Positions 10,067 through 20,184 of a DNA stretch of 64,000 nucleotides are shown here, piece after piece. The stretch's first letter is position 1. The number at the start of each line of letters is the position of its first letter. Origin of the DNA: Candidatus Latescibacterota bacterium (GTDB taxonomy: Bacteria; Latescibacterota; UBA2968; GCA-2709665); NCBI GenBank assembly GCA_963667175.2, contig CAXXXF010000004.1, forward strand, positions 288,001 to 352,000. The letters run 5' to 3'. The translations under genes were made by a program, and so were the position numbers. The notes beneath the pieces are model-generated. The model worked only from the letters and a program-made list of their open reading frames with translations, did not search any database and was not told where the DNA came from.

Positions 10067-11671
10067 ATGTCGGTAAGAGACAGCGTGCCGGAAGACCGTG
10101 GCGCCGGAAGAGCCGCCCCTGCCGTAACACCGGGCGGAACTGGAAGCGGCCGGCTGATGAAGGCGTGTCTGTTCGCGACGGGGCTGGCCGGAATCGTCGC
10201 GGAGTTCGTGCTCTCGACGCTCGCCAGCTATCTGCTTGGAAACGCGACGTTGCAGTGGACGCTGGTGATGTCGTTGATGTTTTTTACGATGGGGCTCGGA
10301 AGCCGTCTGAGCCGATATCTCACCGAGCGGTTGCTGGACCGGTTTATCGCGGTTGAATTTATCCTGTCGATGCTGTGCGCAACGTCAGCCGCAGCGGCCT
10401 ATTGGGGTACGGCGTTCGTCGAGGGGGCGAGCGCCATTATTTATGCCTATGCGGCAGCGATCGGACTTCTGATCGGACTGGAGATTCCCCTTGTCACGCG
10501 CCTGAACGACGCGTATGAGGTGTTGCGAACCAATATTGCGTCTGTTTTGGAGAAGGACTATTTCGGCGCGCTCGCGGGGGGGCTGCTGTTTGCGTTTTTC
10601 GCGTTGCCGAAGCTGGGATTGACGTATACGCCAATCGCGCTTGGGGCGGTCAATTTCGCGGTTGCATCCGCGCTATTGTGGAAATATCGGACCCTGCTGG
10701 CGCGGCGCAAAGCGTTGATCGCCGCGTTCTGGTTCACCGCGGCCGGACTGATTGCCCTGGGCGTGTACATGAAGCCCATCGTTCGATACGGAGAGCAGAG
10801 CCGTTACCGGGACCGCGTGATCTACGAGGCACAAACCCCGTACCAGCGGATCGTGGTGACGCAGTGGAAGGGGTACCATTGGTTGTACCTGAACGGCGGC
10901 ATGCAATTCAGCACGTACGACGAGGATCGGTACCACGAGCCCCTCGTGCATCCGGCAATGGGACTGGCGGCATCCAGGGAACGGGTGCTCATTCTGGGCG
11001 GGGGGGATGGACTGGCGCTCCGGGAAGTATTGAAATACGGCGATGTGAAACGGGTGACGCTGGTGGACCTGGATCCCGAAATGATCCGGTTGGCGCGGAC
11101 CCATCCGGTGTTTGTCGATGCGAATGACGGCGCGTTAAGCGACGATCGAGTGACGGTAGCGACCCGTGACGCAGGTCGGTTTCTGGCGGACGACGATACG
11201 ATTTATGACGTCATTCTCGTCGATCTCCCGGACCCCAAGGGGCCGGACCTGGCCCGACTGTATTCGAAGGAGTTCTATACGGCGTGCAGGCGGCATCTGT
11301 CGCAATACGGAGTTCTCGTGACGCAGAGTTCCAGCCCGCTCCACGCCAGACGGGCGTTTATCTGCGTGTACCGGACCATGAAGGCGTCGGGCTTCCATGT
11401 TTTGCCCTACCACAATGCGATTCCGACCATGGGAGATTGGGGGTGGCACCTGGGCATGAAGGAAGAGGTGATTTCGGAAGCGGACCTGAAACGCAGGGCA
11501 TTGGCGCTGCGCTTTTCGGACGTCGAGACCGTCTTCCTGAACCGCGAGGCGATGTTGGGCATGCTGCACTTCTGGAAGGGCATGTTCGATGGCGTCGAAG
11601 ACGTGGCCGTGAATACGGAACTGGCGCCTGTGGTGGACAGCTATTACCGGGAAGGGGAGTGGGGATGGTAG
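10067..11671 (+). CDS. speE: Polyamine aminopropyltransferase (membrane-fused spermidine synthase)
   Basis: N-terminal TM domain then QTPYQRI, YHEPLVHP, LILGGGDG, VDLDP, DLPDP; start may be at MKACLF. Confidence 0.88.
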   Translation: MSVRDSVPEDRGAGRAAPAVTPGGTGSGRLMKACLFATGLAGIVAEFVLSTLASYLLGNATLQWTLVMSLMFFTMGLGSRLSRYLTERLLDRFIAVEFILSMLCATSAAAAYWGTAFVEGASAIIYAYAAAIGLLIGLEIPLVTRLNDAYEVLRTNIASVLEKDYFGALAGGLLFAFFALPKLGLTYTPIALGAVNFAVASALLWKYRTLLARRKALIAAFWFTAAGLIALGVYMKPIVRYGEQSRYRDRVIYEAQTPYQRIVVTQWKGYHWLYLNGGMQFSTYDEDRYHEPLVHPAMGLAASRERVLILGGGDGLALREVLKYGDVKRVTLVDLDPEMIRLARTHPVFVDANDGALSDDRVTVATRDAGRFLADDDTIYDVILVDLPDPKGPDLARLYSKEFYTACRRHLSQYGVLVTQSSSPLHARRAFICVYRTMKASGFHVLPYHNAIPTMGDWGWHLGMKEEVISEADLKRRALALRFSDVETVFLNREAMLGMLHFWKGMFDGVEDVAVNTELAPVVDSYYREGEWGW

Positions 11672-11689
11672 ATCGAAGAGCGGGGAGAC

Positions 11690-11835
11690 GGGAGACCTAC
11701 CCCCTACCCCCCTTCCTGAAGGAAGGGGAACTGTGAACCGCTCAGGGCCTTCTGGTTTTCTCCCCCTTTCCTTTAGGAGAGGGGGCCTGCCTGCCGAGCA
11801 GAACTCGGCGCAGGCAGGCCGGGGGGAGAGGTCTG
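11690..11835. repeat. Composite palindromic intergenic repeat (CCCCCTACCCCCTTCC family) with nested GCCTGCCTGC mini-palindrome
   Basis: Close reverse-complement copy at ~34312-34456; related copies at ~15890-15992 and ~37528-37660. Confidence 0.8.
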
Positions 11836-12007
11836 CGGCTATGATGTGACTTCATCACCTGGTCATATCGCTATCCGGCTTCGGCTGGAAGTCGAACGCA
11901 GATAGTTGCTTTTCTTTGTGTCTTCGTGTCTTTGTGTGAGCTGATTGTCAGCCTTTGATTCAAGCTGACCGCTGATGGCTGCTTTATGACCAGAAAGGAT
12001 TTATCCC

Positions 12008-12679
12008 ATGGATTTCGACGAACTCAAACGCCGCCTTTCCCGGCTGGACACGGCGTGCGTCTGCGATGGGTATAAGGCGCTCGATAGGCCGGTCAGAGCC
12101 GTCGACCCCGCTGTCCGGCCGATCACGCCAGGCCTCCGGCTGATCGGGCGCGCGCATACGGTCACCTGCCACGAGGACTTTCTGACCGTGATCGCGGCCC
12201 TTCGCGATGCCTCGCCAGGGGAAGTGCTGGTGATCGACTCCCAGGGGAGCACGAAGGCGCTGACCGGGGAACTGTTTCCGACCGAGGCGAGGCGAAAAGG
12301 GCTGGCCGGGATTGTCAACGACGGACCGTGCAGGGACACGGCCGCGATCCGCCGGCTGGGCGTTCCCTATTTCGCACGGTCGGTTACTCCGGTTGCCGGC
12401 ACAACGGACAGGCTCTTCGAGACCCAGGTTCCCGTCACATGCGGTGGCGTGCGGGTTCATCCGGGTGAGATCGTCTTCGGAGACGACGACGGGTTGATTG
12501 TCGCTGCTGAGAAAGAGATTGCGGAAGTCATCCCCGTGGCAGAAGAGGTGCAACGGAAAGAGGCGCGGCTGCTTGCTGAAATGAAAAACGGGGTGAGTCT
12601 CATCGAGATGCTGAACCTCGAGGATCACTGCGCCCGGATTCGAGCCGGCGAGGAGAGCAAGTTACAGTTCCTGGCCTGA
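12008..12679 (+). CDS. RraA family protein (HMG/CHA aldolase-like)
   Basis: GRAHTV, GEVLVID, GEL, DGPCRD, PGEIVFGDDDG. Confidence 0.9.
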   Translation: MDFDELKRRLSRLDTACVCDGYKALDRPVRAVDPAVRPITPGLRLIGRAHTVTCHEDFLTVIAALRDASPGEVLVIDSQGSTKALTGELFPTEARRKGLAGIVNDGPCRDTAAIRRLGVPYFARSVTPVAGTTDRLFETQVPVTCGGVRVHPGEIVFGDDDGLIVAAEKEIAEVIPVAEEVQRKEARLLAEMKNGVSLIEMLNLEDHCARIRAGEESKLQFLA

Positions 12680-12799
12680 CAGCCCGTTGAGAAAGTCCAT
12701 CCGGTCTGCCTGGCTGGCCGGCAGACAGGCGTCCTGACTCGCCTGCGGAGCGACGTTCTCAACGGATTCCTGAGAAGCTGTTTTATACGGGTCAACGGG

Positions 12800-12847
12800 C
12801 AACAAGAGCAGGCGGGACGACAGTTGTCGTCCCGCCTGCTCTTGTTG
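12800..12847. terminator. Perfect 23-bp inverted repeat between convergent genes; possible bidirectional terminator
   Basis: CAACAAGAGCAGGCGGGACGACA-gt-TGTCGTCCCGCCTGCTCTTGTTG. Confidence 0.6.
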
Positions 12848-12888
12848 GGAATTATGCACAATTGTAATGCAAATTTACAGTCAGCCGC

Positions 12889-13344
12889 TCAGCTTGCGTC
12901 GTGACGACACGATTCGGAACGACAGAGCCTGAAATTGCGAACGTGGGCGGCAATGAGAATGGAAGCGGACACCAGGGTCACAACGACTTCGCCGAATTCT
13001 CCGACCAAACCGTGTAATGCCACGCTTGACAGAACCATGCCTGTGAGGCCAATTGCGCCCAACAGCAGTGCCCACCGGTCCTTATGTCGCCAGCAGCCAA
13101 GCCCTAACGCCAATGCCGCAGAAGGCACGACCAACCACAACATCGCGCGGTGAAAGGACTCGTCATCAAGAAAAACGGTCGGAACAGCGGTCCCGACAAT
13201 CAGAATGGCCGGTAAGGCGATACAGTGCAATGCGCAAGCCGTCGCGCTCAGTGCCCCGATGCCGTCGGCAATGGTAGTGACGTAGAGTGTGGCAGCTCGC
13301 TTCATCTCCGGAATTCCTCGTAACGCGTCAGCCTGCTGCTGCAA
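12889..13344 (-). CDS. MerC domain membrane protein
   Basis: ADGIG..SATACALHCIALP, FHRAML, GCWRH, AHVRNFRLC; start uncertain. Confidence 0.85.
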   Translation of the reverse strand: MQQQADALRGIPEMKRAATLYVTTIADGIGALSATACALHCIALPAILIVGTAVPTVFLDDESFHRAMLWLVVPSAALALGLGCWRHKDRWALLLGAIGLTGMVLSSVALHGLVGEFGEVVVTLVSASILIAAHVRNFRLCRSESCRHDAS

Positions 13345-13373
13345 ATAAGTCCCCGTTTAATTCGCGGAATCGT

Positions 13374-13907
13374 CTACCCGGTTGGCAGAATATCGGTGAA
13401 CTGGTATTCTTCGACGATTTCGCCGACCGAGGCTTCGAAGTCGTCCTCGCCCCACTGTTCGATCGTCAGCGTCTTCCGCTCGGAATCGTCCAGGTACTCC
13501 CAGGTAATCAGTTCCCGCGGCGTTCCTTCGCCGTCCTTGTAAAATTCACCCGCATCGGAAGATTCCGCATAGTAGGCGACCCCGTCGCAGGTTACTTCTT
13601 CGGGCGGGTCTTCGTGTTCGACAATGTGGGACCTCGGGTCGCCGTCAATCCTGGAGATCGGCACCTTGCGTGATACGGACCAGCCGAGGCCGTCATCCTC
13701 CTCACGTTCAAGGTACAAGACGTCATCGGCGCAGGTCAACTCCCACTCGTCCACGCGGTCTCCATCGAAATCGTAGTGGTTCTTCGCCGTGACCTTCCAG
13801 GTTTTGAGGTCATAGTCGACCACGTAACCCGGCTTGAGGTCGGACAGCGTGAAGTCGACCACGGGGTCGACTTCATCGGTCTTTTTCTTGAAGGGATTCC
13901 AGTTCAC
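13374..13907 (-). CDS. DUF4178 domain protein
   Basis: LKPGYVVDYDLKTWKV, EWEL, YLERE, WEY, IEQW; follows pspA. Confidence 0.75.
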   Translation of the reverse strand: MNWNPFKKKTDEVDPVVDFTLSDLKPGYVVDYDLKTWKVTAKNHYDFDGDRVDEWELTCADDVLYLEREEDDGLGWSVSRKVPISRIDGDPRSHIVEHEDPPEEVTCDGVAYYAESSDAGEFYKDGEGTPRELITWEYLDDSERKTLTIEQWGEDDFEASVGEIVEEYQFTDILPTG

Positions 13908-13966
13908 GAAAACGCCTCCGGCCGCCGCCTGGAACCCGTATTCCAGGCCGCGACGATTTGCCGGAC

Positions 13967-14668
13967 TTACGCCTGAATGCCCATCTTGTTCTTGAGTTCG
14001 GCCAGCTTGTCCGCGCCGGGACTCTTTTCCTGCAGCGCGGCGTCGATCTCCTCGTCCACGCTCTTGGACGCGTCGGCCACTTCGCCGTAGGCCTGCGACA
14101 GGGACTCGTCTTCTTCCACCCGCTCCTTCATGCGTTCGAGCATGGCCAGCGTGCCGTTAGAGTCCACTTTCGCCATTTGCCTGTTGATCTTCTTCGTCGC
14201 CGCGGCCGTTCGGGCCCGGGCGCGCAGCGTTACCAGGTCGTTTTCGTACCCGGCAATGGATGATTTGAGTTTGTCCACCTGGGTCTGCAACTGAGCGGCC
14301 ATTTCCTCCTGCTGTTGGGCGTTCTGGCTCAAGGTGGCCGACCGGTTCACGTTCTCCTCCTTGCGAGCAAGCGCTTCACCGGCCAAACGGTCTGCTTCGG
14401 CGGGGTTGATGTCGTCCTTCTGGGCCCTCTGAAGCAGCGCCATGGCTTTGCGTTCGTAGTCCTCCGCCGCCTTTTTGCTGTCGGCTGCCTGTTTGCGCAG
14501 CCGGATGCCCTGCCCCTTGACCTCGGCGAGGCTGGTCATCGCGTTGCTCAGATCTTTCTTGAGATCCCGGATGCCCTGTTCGGTCAATCGGATCGGATCT
14601 TCGAGTTTGTCGATGGCAGCGTGTACTTCGGCCTGGCCCACGCGAAAGATGCGTTGAAAGACGCCCAT
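13967..14668 (-). CDS. pspA: PspA/IM30 family protein
   Basis: MGVFQRI..DKLEDP, long coiled coil, ARARTA, ERMKERV. Confidence 0.92.
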   Translation of the reverse strand: MGVFQRIFRVGQAEVHAAIDKLEDPIRLTEQGIRDLKKDLSNAMTSLAEVKGQGIRLRKQAADSKKAAEDYERKAMALLQRAQKDDINPAEADRLAGEALARKEENVNRSATLSQNAQQQEEMAAQLQTQVDKLKSSIAGYENDLVTLRARARTAAATKKINRQMAKVDSNGTLAMLERMKERVEEDESLSQAYGEVADASKSVDEEIDAALQEKSPGADKLAELKNKMGIQA

Positions 14669-14755
14669 GGTATGCTCCTATATGATGCGGGATTCGATGT
14701 CCGGAGGTCGGGATACGCAACGGCGTGATTTCCGAGGCGCCGACCCCTGCTCTGA

Positions 14756-15151
14756 TTATCGTCTGCTGTAACTAATCAGTTCTTCGGCGTTTTCGCCCAG
14801 TGCAAAACCCAGGGCGTTAATGGCGCCCTCGATTTCCGCCCGGTCCAGCGTATCCAGGCGAAGGGTGTCGCGGAACAGAATGGTTCCTGTCTCCTCGTCC
14901 AGCGCGAAAGCGCCGTGGATGAGCGTCCGGTTTATCTCCAGCAGGCGCTTGTAGAGATCGCCGGGGTTATTGGGGATCGGCATGATGGCCTGTTCCAGAA
15001 TGAGGATGGGATCTTCGCAGTCGACAATGAGCTGGTGGATCCCGCGGTCTTCGTCGGAAACAACCACCAGTTCCTCACCGGAATCTTCTTCTTCAATGAC
15101 CAGTTCGAGGTCCTGAAGATAGGCCTTTACGGTTTCAAAATGGCGCGACAT
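14756..15151 (-). CDS. YbjN/CesT-like chaperone domain protein
   Basis: YKRLLEINRTLIHGAFALDE..FRDTL..LD; upstream of pspA. Confidence 0.8.
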   Translation of the reverse strand: MSRHFETVKAYLQDLELVIEEEDSGEELVVVSDEDRGIHQLIVDCEDPILILEQAIMPIPNNPGDLYKRLLEINRTLIHGAFALDEETGTILFRDTLRLDTLDRAEIEGAINALGFALGENAEELISYSRR

Positions 15152-15238
15152 GTATACTCCTTTGTTCTTGCGGGGAGAAGCGTTTTCGTGAATATATGAT
15201 TCTCAAGCGTGCATTTTGTTTCAAAAAACGTCGGCGCT

Positions 15239-15610
15239 TCAGATCCGGATCAAATTTCCAACCCGGACGGCCAGAGACTCGGGGGTCGCCGGCTTTACCA
15301 GGATTTGGCCGCGTGAAATATCCAGATCCGCAAGTTCACTCACGCGCTCCTGATCCGGAGTGTCCAGAAGAACCAGCACGGGTAGACGGGCGAACATCCT
15401 GCGTATGAAACGTATGCAATCAACCCCGCTGATTTCCGGCAATTCGTATGCGAGAATGACGAGTGCGTACCCCTTTGGATTCTCGGCGAGGCGCTCCAGA
15501 GCGCTGCGGCCGTCTGTGACCACGTCCAGTTCGACGTCTCGGTGATCGAACAGTCCGCCGGCGAGGGTCATGGCGGTCGGGCCGTCTTCCGCGAGCAGGA
15601 TTCTGGGCAA
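15239..15610 (-). CDS. Stand-alone atypical response-regulator receiver
   Basis: ILLAED, LPEISG, LVKP; phospho-acceptor position reads Ala (VILAYELP). Confidence 0.75.
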   Translation of the reverse strand: MPRILLAEDGPTAMTLAGGLFDHRDVELDVVTDGRSALERLAENPKGYALVILAYELPEISGVDCIRFIRRMFARLPVLVLLDTPDQERVSELADLDISRGQILVKPATPESLAVRVGNLIRI

Positions 15611-16211
15611 ACCGTGAACCGTATGGAATTCGGGTTGACTTCAGGTCAGATATCCAGGGAGAAATATACGGCATTCGCCCGATACGCCAACAATTATATT
15701 TCGCAGATGGAGGCAAAGAGAATGAACGAAAGGCGAGAGGCACCCGGAAAGCGGGGAGACGTAAGACGTGAGACGGTAGAAGACGTCCTTGCCCGAATAG
15801 CTCTTCCTTTAAGCCGCCGACAGGAAGTGAAATCGCTCGGCGCATTCATATTCTCTCCCCGTCGACCACCCCCTATCCCCCTTCCCACGGGAAGGGGGAA
15901 CTGTCATCGCTTCAAGACATCTCGCTCTGCTCCCCCTCTCCCCCGGGAGAGGGGGCCTGCCTGCCGGCAGGCCGGCCGGGGGGAAGAGGTCTGCGCATCG
16001 GCGAGATTGTCTCGCCAGGCCGTATCGTCGTCCTGTGGCGCAGTGAGGTCCTCTTCCGTCTCCCGCCTGACCTCTCCCGTCTCACCGCCTTCAGGGAATT
16101 TGGGCAGACGTGGACGTTGATCTTGATTCTTGCTTTTGCTTCTCGCTGACCGCTGTTTGTTTTTCTTCGTGTCTTTGTGTCTCCGTGTGAGCTGCTTTTC
16201 GCTCTTGGTTC

Positions 16212-16258
16212 AAGCTGACGGCTGATAGCTGAACGCTGATAGCTGACGGCCGATAGCT
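16212..16258. repeat. Heptamer GCTGA(T/C/A)N tandem repeat
   Basis: gctgacg gctgata gctgaac gctgata gctgacg gccgata; related runs at ~11940-11982 and 37434-37470. Confidence 0.7.
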
Positions 16259-16347
16259 ATCCCCAAGATGTATTTTGTCCGACGACGGGAGTCATGATAT
16301 ATTGGTCGACGCTTCTTTGGGGAAACCAATTCAATCTTGAGGTACCG

Positions 16348-18084
16348 ATGCAGAAATACCCGATCTGGACGCTGAGGCACAAACGGGATTCCGACTCCGA
16401 AGCGGGGAGGCCGGCCGAGCCGCTCGTGGACGTGGTGCTGTCCAACCGCGGACTGACGGCGGACGATATCGCCGATTCTCCCGGAGTTCTTCAGGACCCG
16501 TTTTCCATGAAGGACATGGACCGGTTGGCGGACCGCATTGTGAAGGCGGTTCGCGCGGGCGAGCGAATCGTCGTGTTCGGCGATTACGACGTAGACGGGG
16601 TGACGAGCACGGCCGTGTTCATGGATTTTCTGGAGAGGGTGAGCGCCGACGCCGTGCCCCTCCTGCCGGACCGCCACCGGGACGGATACGGGATGAAGCT
16701 GCCCGGCGTTGAGCGGGCGATCGAAGCGGGCGCGCGTCTGATCGTGACGGCGGACAACGGCATTTCCTCGTTCGAGGCGGTCGACGCGGCAAACGCGGCC
16801 GGCGTCGACGTGCTGGTCACCGATCATCACCAGCCCCCGGGGCGGTTGCCCGACGCTTACGCGGTGGTCAATCCCAACCGCCCGGATTGCGGCTACGCGT
16901 TCAAGGGGCTCGCGGCCGTCGGCGTGGCGTTCAAGGCCGTGCAGGCCCTTTCGGATTCGCTGATCGATGCAGCGGAGCGCAGGGCCTATCTGAATTCGCT
17001 GCTGGACCTGGTCGCTCTGGGAACGGTGGCGGACATCGCGCCCATGTTGGGCGAGAACCGGCTGCTGACGCGCAGGGGAATGCAGATTCTGGATCGCACG
17101 CAGCGTCCGGGCCTTCAGGCCCTGAAGGCCGTAGCCGGCGCCGATACCCGGCCTGTCGACACAACGGCGATCGGATTCTTCCTGGGGCCGCGCATCAACA
17201 GCGCCGGTCGGCTGGCCTCCGCGGACCTGGCGCTGGACTTGCTGCGCGCCACCGAGGCGCGCGAGGCCGCCCGATTGGCGGAACGGTTGAACGCGCTCAA
17301 CCGAAGGCGGCGGGAGCTCGAACTCGAGGGCGTCAAACAGGCCCTGGAGCAGGTGGAATCCATGTCGCTTGATGCCCATCGCATTCTGGTTGCGAAAGGC
17401 GACGAATGGCACCTGGGTGTGGTGGGGTTGATCGCGGGACGCCTGGCGGAGCAGTACGGCAGGCCCGGCATCGCCTGTACCGAGGTTCGCGGTGATGGAA
17501 GTTTTACGGGTTCGGCGAGGTCGGTGGCGGGCTACAATATGGCGGAGGCGATTTTTCGCTGCGCGGACCTGCTGACCGAGTACGGCGGGCATGCCGATGC
17601 GGCCGGCTTTACGGGCGACCTCGAAAATTTCGACACGTTCAAGGCCAGACTGGAGGCCGATGCGGCGGAGCGGATTTCGGATGAGGACCTGAGAAGCAGG
17701 CTGGAGCTGGATGCGGCGCTGCTGTCCGGTGAGATCTCGCTGGACACGGTCTCGGCGCTGTCTGCCCTGGCGCCGTTCGGCGCGGGAAACGAAGCGCCGC
17801 TGTTTATGGCGCCGAACTGTACGATCGATCGCGCCATTGCGGTCGGGAAGGGGGCGCACCTCAAAATGAACCTGGACACGGGATCGCCCGTGGACGGGGC
17901 GGGCGGCGCAGCGCGAACGGGCCGGCTGATATGCGACGCGGTCTGGTGGGGGCAGGGCGAATTGGCGGGTCGGCTTCAACGGGGCGAACGCGTGGACGTG
18001 GCCTGCGCCCTGGAGGCCAACACCTGGAACGGCCGGACGCAGGTGCAGCTTGTTCTGAAGGACATGCGCCCGGCGGAGGAATGA
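16348..18084 (+). CDS. recJ: Single-stranded-DNA exonuclease RecJ
   Basis: GDYDVDG, TADNG, TDHH, ALGTVAD, GPRINSAGR, GSARS, GGHADAAG, LAPFGAGN; GAGGT RBS before ATG 16348. Confidence 0.96.
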   Translation: MQKYPIWTLRHKRDSDSEAGRPAEPLVDVVLSNRGLTADDIADSPGVLQDPFSMKDMDRLADRIVKAVRAGERIVVFGDYDVDGVTSTAVFMDFLERVSADAVPLLPDRHRDGYGMKLPGVERAIEAGARLIVTADNGISSFEAVDAANAAGVDVLVTDHHQPPGRLPDAYAVVNPNRPDCGYAFKGLAAVGVAFKAVQALSDSLIDAAERRAYLNSLLDLVALGTVADIAPMLGENRLLTRRGMQILDRTQRPGLQALKAVAGADTRPVDTTAIGFFLGPRINSAGRLASADLALDLLRATEAREAARLAERLNALNRRRRELELEGVKQALEQVESMSLDAHRILVAKGDEWHLGVVGLIAGRLAEQYGRPGIACTEVRGDGSFTGSARSVAGYNMAEAIFRCADLLTEYGGHADAAGFTGDLENFDTFKARLEADAAERISDEDLRSRLELDAALLSGEISLDTVSALSALAPFGAGNEAPLFMAPNCTIDRAIAVGKGAHLKMNLDTGSPVDGAGGAARTGRLICDAVWWGQGELAGRLQRGERVDVACALEANTWNGRTQVQLVLKDMRPAEE

Positions 18085-18110
18085 AAGGGCGCCCGACTCA
18101 CGGCGCATTC

Positions 18111-19109
18111 TCACGTCATCATTGGAACCTCGACCCGCTTCCCGGTCCTTGCGGATTCGTGAGCTGCGGCGGCCACCGCGACAACGCGCCTTCCGTCCCT
18201 TCCATCCGACCGGGGCGCTTCGCCCTGTTGGATACAACCGACAAAGTGAGCGATCTCGTCCACCAGACCGTTGTTTCGGGGTACGTCTATGGCCGTGGAC
18301 TTGTCGCCGTGCCGGGCGAACAGGATGGGGCCGCCCGGATCGTTGAGCTTGAGCGCGCCCGCCGTTCCGGCAACGCCGAGTTCGTAGCTGTTGACCGGGT
18401 ACACGCGGCTGCTGCTTAAGGCGCCGACCGCGCCCGATGCGAATTCGATGCCGATAAAGATGCTTTCTTCGATTTCGTTTTCAGGGTCATCTCCATATTT
18501 CATGACGGCATTGACGGCGCGGACTTCACCGGCAATCCAGGCGAGTTGGTCGAGTTCGTGGCTGTACATGGAAAACATACCGCCGTAGTCGTCCTTACGG
18601 GTTTGCCATCCTCCCACGCCGCCCGGCGCGCCGGTTCCCAGACGCACGGCGTGCGCAAGGGTTACTTCGCCCACGTCTCCCCGGTCCACCCGGCGCTTGA
18701 GCTCCTGATACGAGGCCTGAAACCGGCGAACGTAGCCGATCATAAGAAATACGCCTGACCGTTGCGCAGCGCGGTTCATCGTGTCGCAGTCTTCAACGGT
18801 CAGCGCCATCGGCTTTTCGCAGAAGACGTGGGCGCCCGCCAGCGCGGCATCTGTACTGATGCGGCTGTGGGTGTGGTTGGGCGTAACCACCAGCACGGCG
18901 TCCGGATTCTCAGCGGCCAGCATCGCGCGGTGGTCCGCGTAAGGCGTCGGGCCGGACGCCAGTTGCGCGGCAAGCTGCGCGGCGGATTCCGATACGACGT
19001 CGCAGACGGCGACAAGCCGGGCGCTTTCCAGCGCTTCCACGTTTCTGGCGTGGGCGCGGCCCAACCCGCCACATCCCGCGAGCGCGACCTTAATGGGTCC
19101 TCCAGGCAT
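18111..19109 (-). CDS. Gfo/Idh/MocA oxidoreductase
   Basis: GCGGLG, TPNHTH, FCEKPMA, GYVRRF. Confidence 0.92.
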   Translation of the reverse strand: MPGGPIKVALAGCGGLGRAHARNVEALESARLVAVCDVVSESAAQLAAQLASGPTPYADHRAMLAAENPDAVLVVTPNHTHSRISTDAALAGAHVFCEKPMALTVEDCDTMNRAAQRSGVFLMIGYVRRFQASYQELKRRVDRGDVGEVTLAHAVRLGTGAPGGVGGWQTRKDDYGGMFSMYSHELDQLAWIAGEVRAVNAVMKYGDDPENEIEESIFIGIEFASGAVGALSSSRVYPVNSYELGVAGTAGALKLNDPGGPILFARHGDKSTAIDVPRNNGLVDEIAHFVGCIQQGEAPRSDGRDGRRVVAVAAAAHESARTGKRVEVPMMT

Positions 19110-19112
19110 TGA

Positions 19113-19170
19113 AGTTCCTCGTTCCCTCGTTCCCTCGTCTTCTCGTTCTCTCGTCCCTTCGTTCCCTCGC
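19113..19170. repeat. Degenerate 8-bp tandem repeat (TCCCTCGT, about 7 units)
   Basis: Fills the spacer between the two Gfo/Idh/MocA genes. Confidence 0.7.
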
Positions 19171-20184
19171 CTACTCTATCTCGATCGGCATGGAACCGTT
19201 CGCCGCCGATTCTTCAGCGGCAAAACACGCGGCGTGGGTGTTGACGGCCACGGTAAGATTGTCGTGCGATTCCACGTCGTCGAGGATGCATTCGACGAGG
19301 TGGTCGACCATTTCCTGGAAAGGATGGTGCGACACGGCGCCGCTGTCCGGCATGACCGCGGGAAAACTGCCGAACGCGTCCTGGCCGGACAACTGCCGGG
19401 TGTAGAATTGGTTGTTCCGGATCGCGCCCTCCGTTCCGAACACTTCGACGTTGAAGACGTAAGGCATGAAGAAAGCCGTGGATCCCGAGAACTTCCCGGC
19501 GGCGCCCCCCGCGAATTCAACTGTTGCGACCGTCGTGGAACGGTAGCTCTCTCCATGCGTTCGATGGCGTGGAGACATGCCCGTTACCCGGATGACGGTG
19601 TCATTGTCCAGAATGTGTCTCGCGGCGTCGAGGGCATGACAGCCGCCGTGCACGATTGCCCCGTTCACGAGCGGTTTCCAACCTGTCCGGCTGAATGTTT
19701 CCGGGTGTGCGTTGGTGGGGCCGTGCCAGTAGTCGGCATGAACGAGCAGAGGAACGCCGACCCACCCTTTCTCGATGGCCCGCTTGATGGAAACGATCAG
19801 CGGATTCCATCGAAGCACGAAGCCGACGACCGTTTTGACGCCGGCGCTTTTCACGGCCCGGTGCATCGCGTTCAGTTCTTGGTGATTCGTGGCCACCGGC
19901 TTTTCAATCAGCAGGTGTTTGCCGGCGCGGGCGGCGGCAATGGCTTCTCCGGCGTGGCGGTCGGGCGGCGTGCAGATGGAAACGACGTCGACGTCCGGAT
20001 GCTCGAGAAGCCTGTCGTAGTTATCGTACAGGTCGCATTCAACGCCCAGTTCCACCGCTTTCTTGCGTGCGCTCTCCAGCGTCCGGCTCCCGATGGCCGC
20101 CAGCCGGACGTGGGGATTGTTCAGGTAGGCTCTGATGTGTTCGGTGGAGACGTTTCCCGAGCCCTGGATGGCTACGCCAAGCAT
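19171..20184 (-). CDS. Gfo/Idh/MocA oxidoreductase
   Basis: GSGNVS, CTPPDRH, LIEKPVA, HALD; RBS before MLGVAI. Confidence 0.92.
   Translation of the reverse strand: MLGVAIQGSGNVSTEHIRAYLNNPHVRLAAIGSRTLESARKKAVELGVECDLYDNYDRLLEHPDVDVVSICTPPDRHAGEAIAAARAGKHLLIEKPVATNHQELNAMHRAVKSAGVKTVVGFVLRWNPLIVSIKRAIEKGWVGVPLLVHADYWHGPTNAHPETFSRTGWKPLVNGAIVHGGCHALDAARHILDNDTVIRVTGMSPRHRTHGESYRSTTVATVEFAGGAAGKFSGSTAFFMPYVFNVEVFGTEGAIRNNQFYTRQLSGQDAFGSFPAVMPDSGAVSHHPFQEMVDHLVECILDDVESHDNLTVAVNTHAACFAAEESAANGSMPIEIE

Noticed and set aside
15542-16120. 192-aa ORF and similar ORFs at 34233-34535, 55514-55849 and 60656-61280
   Set aside because: Translations of palindromic repeat mosaics (PACRQAG, ADRNVCP peptides), not credible genes
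16210-18237. 675-aa minus-strand ORF
   Set aside because: Antisense shadow of recJ
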